Positions 54,292 through 64,000 of a stretch of DNA of 64,000 bases are shown one piece after another. Below the pieces are notes generated by a model that was not told where the DNA came from, did not search any database, and saw only the letters and a program-made list of their open reading frames with translations. Position 1 is the stretch's first letter, and each line of letters begins with the position of its first letter. Both the position numbers and the translations under genes were made by a program. Source of the stretch: Octopus vulgaris (taxonomy: Eukaryota); contig OX597842.1 in the NCBI GenBank assembly GCA_951406725.2, forward strand, positions 4,712,001 to 4,776,000, read 5' to 3'.

Positions 54292-55578
54292 CAGGGTCTT
54301 GCTGATAAATTGAGATAATTTTTACAATGCATAGTTATAAATACTAAAATAGTGATAGTAGACAGGTATAATTTTAATGGAACATTTATTAAAACAAAAA
54401 CATTACTCAATATGGCTGCCCTTTTGGGCAATTTACTGCCTCCACACAAGAACGAAACTTTTTTGCAGCTGCTGCAACCTCTGCCCTTTTGATTTTGCGT
54501 GCCGCATGCCTGATGCAAGTCTTCAAACTGTTGACACTCGAGTGTGGTGAAGCATTGGTTCTTGCTTGAAGTACACCCCATGAAAATTAATCGAGAAGGT
54601 CGAGATCTGGACTGTTACTGGGCTTGACAACGTAGTGCTTATCCAGGATTCTGCACTATGCCATGGATCAAAAGCAATACAAGCCTTCCTTGGTGAGGTG
54701 TCATTTTATGTGAAGGCCAACACCTGTTGGCCTTCACATAAAATGACACCTCACCAAGGAAGGCTTGTATTGCTTTTGATCCATGGCATAGTGCAGAATC
54801 CTGGATAAGCACTATGTTGTCAAGCCCAAACGGAGAGTTCTTCAGGATGTCCAGATACTCGTTTGTACCTCAACGAAGTGTGGATCCATGATACTTTCAT
54901 CACTCATCACAGCTCCAAATACCATCACAGGGGCAAGCTTCTTAGTCTCAAACACAGTAGAGACATCAGAAGGGTTGTATGCGATTACTTAAGAATTTTT
55001 GCAATTCACCTCAGCATCCACAATGAATTTCTTGTCCACAAACAAAAGAGTTTTTCCTACACCTTGATGCTTGAGGAATGACAGAAACTTTGGGCAGCTC
55101 TTGGCTCTGATTGCTTTGGCCTTGGCTGTTAGGAGGTGACAAGAGCATCAAACATAGCTAGTCGTGCCAAGGTTCCTATTCACAGCTCTGGACACCATAG
55201 AAAGGGACAAACTGCATTTCTTTGTAAGAGTTGTCATGGGTGGGGATGGGTTGGCTTCAAATGAGTGTTTGAGGCCAGCCAGAAACTCTGGATTGCACTT
55301 GGAATCACTTCGAGTCTTGTGCTACACACAATAAACTCTTGCTTTTGGAAGTTACATCAACAATTTTATTGGCAGTGTGCTTGGCACACTCCAAAACAAC
55401 AATGGTAGAACGGTTCTGTTGTTCCATAACTTTCTGTTGTTGAATCAGTTCACTATTTACCTAAAAAATAAAGAGGAGGATTAGATTTTCAAGTAAGCAA
55501 GGTTTTATCAAAACGTGAGATGTTAACCCCACTAAATCAATTGCTTAAGATGGGTCTCATTTTATCTGCAAGACATTG
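54292..55578 (-). mobile_element. Decayed Tc1/mariner-superfamily element containing a foldback duplication
   Basis: Imperfect TIRs ta-cagggtcttgctgataaattgaga / tctcattttatctgcaagacattg-ta; minus-strand remnants IQDSALCHGSKAIQAFL and PSNSPDL. Confidence 0.75.
54619..54828. repeat. Near-perfect 210-bp palindrome (104-bp arms, 2-nt spacer)
   Basis: tgggcttgacaac...aaggccaaca-cc-tgttggcctt...gttgtcaagccca; one mismatch seen. Confidence 0.95.
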
Positions 55579-55839
55579 TATACACACACAGTGGGCTTCT
55601 TTCAGTTTCCACTCACCAAATCCATTCACAAATCTTTAGTTGGCACACAGCTATAGCAGAAAACATTTGCCCAAGGTGTCATGCAGTGGGACTGAACCAA
55701 GAACCATGTGATTGTGAAGCACATTTCTTATCATACAATTGTGCCTGTGCCGGATCTTTGATTTAAATTCATTGCTGTCTTTTTCTCATCTGAAATGACA
55801 ATGGTTCCCACATAATTAAAATTATCAACTTGGTTCAAG

Positions 55840-56340
55840 TTTCTGTTTATTGTTATGTTGCAAATTAGTGATATTTTCTTTGTTGTGATTGTCATTAGCC
55901 AGGTGAATCAAAATCAAGCTGTTCATTGCAACTGTTGAATCAGTGCTATGACATGGCAGTGAAACCTGGACACTGATAAAGAAATTATCAACTGGGCTAG
56001 ATGGCTGCTGCACGAGGTTGTTATGAATGATCTTAAATGAGAAATGGCAGCAACACATCACAAACAAATGCTTTTATGGAGACCTGCCGAAAGTTAGCAA
56101 GAAAATGAAGCAAAGATAGCTCATTGCCACCCTGAACTGGAAGCATCCAAATTAATTTTGTGGAACCCACTTCATGGTGATGCAAGAAGAGGAAAACATT
56201 GTCACACATCGATAACTTGATTGTAAACACTGGCCTGGAATGTATCGAGGACCTTGAAGCAGTAATGTTGGACTGAGAATTGTGGCAGATGGGCTTTGCT
56301 GCTGCAGCTTGGGTTAGAACCTGGCCATAATAATAATAAT
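55840..56340 (+). mobile_element. Decayed RTE-like LINE 3' fragment
   Basis: KIKLFIATVESVL*HGSETWTL...LDGCCTRLL; ends in (taa)n. Confidence 0.65.
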
Positions 56341-58433
56341 TGTCTTTAGGTTTCTTTTCATTCCCATCCTGTATTTGTCACTCATGTTTAAGAGAGAGGG
56401 TGAAAATGAAAGAGACAAATAGTGGTGATGAGGTGTCTGGGTGGCACCTCAAAGTACGAGTTGAGTAGAAATGAGTGAGGGATAAAGAAACGAGGGGTGG
56501 GAGGGGTTGTGGGGGAGGACAAGAGTGTATGGAGTGGTGGTGGAGAGATATGGCGGGAAATGGGAAATTGGAAGAGAGGTAGACAGCATCTGTAAAGGGT
56601 ATTTTACTCCTGATCATAAGGTCGTAAGTTTGACTCCTGGTGGCCTGTCGTGTCCTTGAGCAAGACACATTATTTCATGTTGCCCCAGTTTTATCAGCAG
56701 ACAAAAGGGAGTTGTACTTGTAATTAAAAGGGGCCAGCTTTATCACATTCTGTGTTGTGCTGAATGTCCTTGAGAATTATGTAAAGAGTACACATGTTTC
56801 TGTGGAGGACTCAGCCACTTGCATGTTAGTTTCACAAGTAGGCTGTTCCATTGATCGGACCAACTGGAACGCTCGTAACCAACAGAGTGCCATTTTATAC
56901 ATCATCATCATCGTTTAACGTCTGTTTTCCGTGCTAGCACGGGTTGGACGGTTCAACCAGGGTCTGGGAAGCCAGGAGGCTGCACCAGGCACCAGTCTAA
57001 TCCGGCAGTATTTCTTCAGCTGGATGCCCTTCCTAACACCAACCACTCTGAATGTAGTAGGTGCTTTTTACGTGCCACCGGCACAGGTGCCAGGGGAGGC
57101 TGGCAGCAGCCCGATCGGTTGTTGCTTTTTACTGCCACCGGCACAGAAGCTAGTCAAGGCGGCGCTGGCATCGGCCACGTTCGGATGGTGCTTTTTACGT
57201 GCCAGGGGAGGCTGGCAGCAGCCCGATTGGTTGGTGCTTTTTACGTGCCACCGGCACAGAATCTAGTCATGGTGGCTCTGGCATCGGCCACGTTCGGATG
57301 GTCCTTTTTACGTGCCACCGGCACAGATATCACAACTACAATTTATACATATCAAACATATATATATACATAAAATGGGTAATTGTCATATATATGTATA
57401 ATGGATAATAAAGTAAAGGGTAATGGTTAGAGAGACCAGTTGCCTGTAATACAAGCTTAGAGTGATCGAATGTATGTGCTGTACAATTTTGACAGTTGAA
57501 TGGACTGGAGCAATGTGAAAGGAAGCAAATATGAGTTGTACTTGTCATTTTAAAGGGTCAACCATGTCAAATCCTGTGTCATACTAAATCTCCCTAAGAT
57601 CTACATTAAGTTTGTGTGTGTCTATGGAGTGCTCAGCCACTTGCACCTTAATTTCACAGCTGTTGATTGGGTCAATTATCATTGTAACCAATGGAGTGCC
57701 ATTCTAAAAATGCAAAATGTGGATGTAGGGAATGCTGGCTGGGGAGTGAGGGGTGAGTTTGGGAAGATAGAAGCATGTAAGAAGAGAGGAAGGGAGAGGA
57801 GCAACGGGGGTAGTATTGATGGTACTGTCAACAGGGGGAGGACAAGATAGTAATGACATTCTTTTTATCTTGTTTCAGTCATTAGACTGTGGCCATGCTG
57901 GGACACCGCCTTGAAGAACTTTTAGTTAAATAAATTGACTGCAGTACTTGTTTTTGTTTTTAAGCCTGGCACTTAATTCTGTTGTGTTCTTTTGCTGAAC
58001 CACTAAGTTATGGGGACATAACCACACTAACACTGGTTGTCAAGCAGTGGTCAAGAACAAACACAGACATACACGCACAGATATGTATACAATGGGCTTC
58101 TTTCTGCCAAATCCTCTCATAAGGCTTTGGTTGGCCTGAGGCTATAGTAGAAAACACTTGCCCAAAGTGCCATTCAGTGGGACTGAACCTGAAACGATGT
58201 GATTAGAAAGCAAACTTCTTACCACACAGCCATGGTTAAGTTAGCTACAGGAATGAGGTAGGCATAGAGCATGAGGAGAAATAATTTAGTGGTCCAGTAG
58301 AGATGAAGGTGGGATGTCTTTGGATTTTATATAAGACACACAAGGATTCTAGTTTGAATATATTAATGTATAATAATAATTTGAGTGTATTTTTCATGTT
58401 GTGCCTCATGTTTGTTTTTTGTTGTTTTGCCAG

Positions 58434-58607
58434 ATCTTGAGCTGGAGTGTGAAAACGAAGCCCCTGGGGGCTCGAATTCACAGTCAGTTCGCAAGAACAT
58501 TGCAATCAAGCTAAAGCCCATGAAAGGCAGACCAAAAGGCCGAAAGACAAGGAGTAGACCCAGCAAACCTACCAGTACAGACGGCTTGGACAGCTCTGAT
58601 GACCAGT
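58434..58607 (+). CDS. Exon 2 of the unidentified gene (basic, AT-hook-like segment then acidic tail)
   Basis: Long pyrimidine tract ttgttttgccag|AT CTT GAG...CAG T|gtatgt; 174 nt, phase 1-1, open in frame with exon 1: DLELECENEAPGGSNSQSVRKNIAIKLKPMKGRPKGRKTRSRPSKPTSTDGLDSSDDQ. Confidence 0.75.
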
Positions 58608-59490
58608 GTATGTAACATCTTCTTCCTCTCCTCTTTATTTTCTTCTATTATTACAGCAAAGGCAGCAAGCTGGCAGATTCATTAGCATGATGGGCAAAAT
58701 GCTTTGTGGCATTCCGTCCATCTTTATGTTCTAAGTTCAAATTCTGTCGAGGTTGACTTTGCCTTTCATCCTTTCAGAATTGATAAAATAAGTACCAGTT
58801 GAACATTGGGGTCGATGTAATTGACTTACACTCTTCAACAGACTTGATGGTCATATGCCAAAATTTGAAATAAGGTGGTGAGCTGGATTGATGAAATAAT
58901 ACCTGTCAAGCACTGGGGTCAATGTAATCAACTTATCCCCTCCCTCAAAATTTCAGGCCTTGTGCCTATAATAGAAAGGATTATTATTATTATTGTGAGG
59001 ATACTGGCCTATTGGTTATCATGTCGTACTCACAATTGTGAGATTGTGGTTTCAATTCCTAGACCAGGTAGTGCATTGTGTTCTTGAGCAAAACACTCCA
59101 TCGCACATTTCTCTGCAATCACTTCAACAGCTGACATGTGGTGCACTGTGCACCTGTTCGGGCAACGTCAATTTGATGGAGGCAGGTGTGAGCACATACA
59201 TTTGATCCCTACAAACAAATCACTTGTGCATTTGACAAAAGCTGGACACTCATACGTTGTCTACAACGGAAGAGTTTATCATGATTGTTGTTTATCAAAA
59301 GATGGAAGAGAGTGGCAAGACTGGTGTGACTGAATGGATTGACTCTGAGTATGGTTTTCTAAGCAGGGGGAAAGAAACTGGAAAAGGGCACTTTCCCATG
59401 CCTTGGGGATAGCAGAGTAATCTGGGATTTTTTGCCTGAGGTTTACCCTGAATTACTCTAAGTGGACTACCCTGCTATTGAGGATTTTAA

Positions 59491-59711
59491 CCCTTTTGTT
59501 ACTAACCCGGCCAAAACCGGCTCTGGCTCTGTGGTAAAATGTCTTGTTTTCATAAGTTTTGAATTAAAATATTCCACCAAGCCTTAGTTACAATTTATGT
59601 TTCTAACACTAACTTAATGATTAACTAAGTTATTTTACTAAATTCTTTGTTATATTTAAAATAATTGAAAGAAACACAGAGCATCTCAAAATAAATACAG
59701 TAACAAAAGGG
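59491..59711. mobile_element. piggyBac-type MITE
   Basis: TTAA|cccttttgttact...agtaacaaaaggg|TTAA. Related ttaacccttt ends also occur at about 63023, 63208, 63272 and 63622. Confidence 0.85.
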
Positions 59712-61674
59712 TTAATTATTATTTCTGATTTTCTATTTATACATCCTTTGTTTTATCTTTTAATGTGGTAGTGTCTCCCTTTGATTGATGGAAATCCCAC
59801 TTATTTTGTTTTTGTGTGTTGTAACTCATCCTTTGATATTGTCCTCCATGTCTTGGGTCCTTGTGGCCAATAAAAGATATAAGTATTATTAATTTATTTC
59901 TGAGAGCTCTTAGTCTTACCTGTTCTGGTTGATTCTGTGAGAGCTGACAGCAACCTGTTGTCAGAGGTCTCACAGGGTCTCTTTCCACTAACTATAAGCT
60001 TTGGTACTTGGATGTTAACTTATCATGGAAGACAGTCGACACCCAAGCACCAATCTCAAAATCCTAGCTGTCCCCAATTAAGCAGTTTTTTGGGTTTGCT
60101 CTGCCCTCGTGTATTATTATTATAAGCTACTATAAAGACAGTGAACTGGCAGAATCATTCGCATGCTGGACGAAATTCTTAGCGATATTTCGCCCGTTGC
60201 TACATTCTGAGTTCAAATTCTGCCGAGGTCAACTTTGTCTTTCATCCTTTCAGGGTCGATAAATTAAGTACCACTTGCATAATGGGATTGAGCTAATCGA
60301 CTGGACCCCTCACCCCAAATTTCAGGCCTTGTTCTTATAGTAGAAAGGATTATTATTAGCTAATATTTCCATATGGAAACAGGCAACATCATTTTTATTA
60401 TATTGATGCCCACTTACTACCATCAAATGATGTTAAACTGCGGGGCACACACACACACACACATTCATGTATATGTATGTGCCTTTTGCCTTTTATTCTT
60501 TTACTCATTTTGGTCATTAGACTGTGGCCATGCTGGGGCACTGCCTTGAACTTTTACTCAAACAAATCGACCCTAGTACTCATCTGTTTTTTTAAGTCTT
60601 TTGCTGAACTGCTAAGTTATGGGGGACGTAAACACACCAATATTGGTTATCAAAGAATGGAATGGAACAAACAGTAACACAAAGGCACACACAAACATCA
60701 TCATTATCATTTAACGTCTGTTATCCATGCTGGCATGGGTTGGATGGCTTAACAGGAACTGCCAAGGCCAGGAGCCACATTGGTCCCACTGTCTGTTTTG
60801 GCATGGTTTCTTCAACTGGATGCCTTTCGTAACACCAACCACTTTACAGGGTGTGCTGGGTGCTTTTTATGTGGCACCACACACACTCACACACACAAAT
60901 GGGCTTCTTTTAGTTTCTATCTACCAAATCCACTCACAAGGCTTTAGTAGAAGATACTTTCATAAGGTTCCACACAGTTGGACTGAACCTGGAACCATGT
61001 AGCTGGGAAGCAATCTTCTTACCACACAGCCATGCCTGCACCTACGTATGTATGATGGGCTTCTTTGAATTTCTGTGTACCAAATTCATTCACAGGATTT
61101 TGGTTGGCCAGGGGCTACGAAAGGTATCATTTGCCCAATGTGCCATTCTGTAAGATTGAACCTGAAACCTTGTGGTTGGGAAACAAACTTCTTAAACACA
61201 CAGTCAGGCATGTAAAACGATCATAAGTGCAGGCCATGGGAAGTTTGCTTCCCAACCACATGCTTTCCAGGTTCAGTCCCACTGCATGGCACCTTGGGTA
61301 GGTATCTTCTTGTATGGCCTCGGGGCGACCAAAGCATTGTGAGTGGATTTTAAACTTAAAGAAGTACGTTGTGTGTGTATAATATATGTGTATGTGTCTG
61401 TTTGTCCCCCACTACCACTTGATAACTGATGTTGGTTTGTTTACATCCCTGTAACTTAGTGGTTCAGCAAAAGAAACCAATAGAATAAGTACCAAGCTTT
61501 AAAAAGAAAATTAGTACTGGTGGGATGGGGTTGATTTGATGAAAATTCTTCAAGGCAGTGCTCCAGCATGGGTGTAGTCTGAAACAAAAAGAAAAAAAAT
61601 CATGAAACAAGCCAATCAAATGACTAATATTTTTGTTTTAAAATGCTATCTCTCTTCTATTTCTTTGTGTACAG

Positions 61675-61766
61675 ACATGAACAGTTCTTGTGACAGTCCT
61701 ATATCGAAAAATCTCAGCCCTTCTGATACGTTATTTCCTTGTCAGTCTCTTCATTGGAATCATAAG
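61675..61766 (+). CDS. Exon 3 of the unidentified gene
   Basis: ttctatttctttgtgtacag|AC ATG AAC...CAT AAG|gttagt; 92 nt, phase 1-0, in frame: YMNSSCDSPISKNLSPSDTLFPCQSLHWNHK. Confidence 0.68.
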
Positions 61767-64000
61767 GTTAGTATTTTTTTCTTTTATTTTATTGTAGTAC
61801 TTTTGTTGTTATTGTTGTTGCTTTTTCTTCCAAGAAAGTGGGCCGTATTTTTTTTTGGACGGAGGCATGGCCATGTGGTAAGAAGCTTGCTCCCCAACTA
61901 CGTTGTTTCTGGTTCAGTCCCACTGTGTGACACCTTGGGCTAGTGTCTTCTTCTTTAGCATCATCATCATCATCATTGTTTAACGTCCGCTTTCCATGCT
62001 AGCATGGGTTGGACGATTTGACTGAGGGCTAGCGAATCAGATGGCTGCACCGGACTTCAATCTTGATCTGGCATAGTTTCTACAGCTGGATGCTCTTCCT
62101 AACACCAACCACTCCGAGAGTGTAGTGGGTGCTTTTACATGCCACCGGCACGGGGCCAGTCAGGCGGTACTAGCAACGACCTTGTTCGAATCTTTTACAC
62201 ATGCCACCGGCACAGGTGCCAGTAAGGCGATGCTGATAACGATCATGCTCAAATGGTGTCTTTTACGTGCCACTGGCACGGAAGCCGGTTAGCTGCTCTG
62301 TCAATAATCACACTTGTATGGTGCTCCTTGCACCCTGCTAGCATGGACGCCAGTCATCGAATTTGATCCAAAACCTTATAAATGAATTTGGTTGACAGAA
62401 ACTGAAAAAAAGCTTGTGTGTACCCCCCCCCCCCCACTACTGCTCGAAAACTGGTATTGGTGTGTTTATGCCCTATAACTTAGCAGTTCAGCAATACAGA
62501 CTGATAGAATAAGTACCTGGCTTTAAAAAAAATTTGATTTGTTCAACTAAACCCTTGAAGGTGGTTACAGTCTGACTGAAACCAGTAAAAGATATATAGG
62601 AGTGGCTGTGTGGTAAGTAGCTTGCTTACCAACCACATGGTTCCGGGTTCAGTCCCACTGCGTGGTACCTTGGGCAAGTGTTTTTACTATAGCCTCAGGC
62701 TGACCAAAGCCTTGTGAGTGGATTTGGTAGATGGAAACTGAAAGAAGCCCATTGTCTGTATATATATATGTGTATGTTTGCGTGTCTGTGTTTGTCCCTC
62801 CACCAACTCTTAACAATTGATGCTGGTGTGTTTGCGTGTCTGTAACTTAGCAGTTTGGTAAAGGAGACTAATAAAATAAGTACTAAGCTTATAAAGAATG
62901 AGTCCTGGGGTTGATTTGTTCAACTAAATGTGGTTGGGAAGCAAGTGTCTTCCTACACAGTCACACCTAGTTGTTGGCTACCTTTAACAGAGTCCGCTCT
63001 ATTACAATCAGTCAGATCAGGTTTAACCCTTTAGCATTCAGATTACTCTGTCAAATCTAATGCTTATTTATTCACATTATTTTCAGTTAATCACAAATAA
63101 TTTCATAGCTTCAAGATTTCAATGATGTGATTATTTTTATCTTTAGAGTAACAATTGGCCAATTCGAACATAAAACAAATAGAATACTTTAGTGAGACTT
63201 GACCAGTTTAACCCTTTCGCATTCAGATTACTCTGTCAAATGTAATCCTTATTTGTTCATATAGTTCTGAATTAACCCTTTTGTTACCATATTTCCCGTT
63301 GAAATACTCTGCCTTTGTTTCAATTAATTCTGAAAATAATGAAGAGTTTAGTGAAATAATTAAAGTGGTGTTTAAGGTGAGGAGCTGGCAGAATTGTTAG
63401 CATGCAGGCAAAATGCTTAGTGGCATTTTATTTGTCTTTGTGTTCTGAGTTCAAATTCCACTGAGGTGATGTTACTTTTCATCTTTCCTGTTTAAATTGA
63501 ACTAAATTAAAATAGCTGTAGCCTATACCATGACCTGGTTATTTTTATAAATTTTTCATTATTTTCAAAACGAATTGTAACAAAGGCAGTGTATTTCAAC
63601 AGAATTATGCTAACAAAATGGTTAACCCTTTCATTACTATATTTCTGACCAAAATACATCCCTCATGAGTTTCAATTAAATTCTAAAATAATCATGAATT
63701 TAGACTAGTTTCATTAAACAACTGTAACTTTTTTTACTTATCAACATATTAATGTGATATTTGGAAGATAATTAAAGAAAGGGTTCTTAATCAATTCTGT
63801 TGCATAATTTTTGTCTCAAAATGACTTTAAAGTGATCTAAATTTAAAATTTCCATCAAAATGTCATGTTAATTTATGTTCCAAACACCAGTTTGATAATG
63901 GTTTCAAATTTTAGTACAAGGTCAGCAATTGCAGGAGAGGGGCAAGTTGATTACATCAACCCCAATGCTTAACTGGTACTTAGCCCTCTCCTGCAATTGC

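Overview
Eukaryotic genomic DNA, very probably an octopod cephalopod. This is inferred from the tRNA-derived SINE families, RTE/CR1/R4 LINE debris and huge (TA/CA)n tracts, not from a database match. Two spliced genes lie head-to-head about 15 kb apart. On the minus strand are the first six coding exons of a USP19-type deubiquitinase (long low-complexity N-terminus plus two CS/p23 domains), at 36972->3285 and continuing off the window's left end. On the plus strand are the first three coding exons of an unidentified gene (ATG 52501, double CCAAT promoter). Introns and the intergenic gap are filled with mobile DNA: CR1-like, RTE, R4/Dong-like, Tx1-like and Penelope fragments, a Helitron with both termini, mariner and Tc1 elements, a Merlin-like and a piggyBac-like MITE, and dozens of SINEs. 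The most notable structures are a minimal hammerhead-ribozyme motif in sense orientation in USP19 intron 1 and a near-perfect 210-bp palindrome. Also notable are several long or nested intronic inverted repeats near USP19 exons, a repeat family whose hairpin loop has flipped between copies, and a promoter-proximal array of an invariant 20-mer. Most ORF-track entries are spurious translations of repeats.
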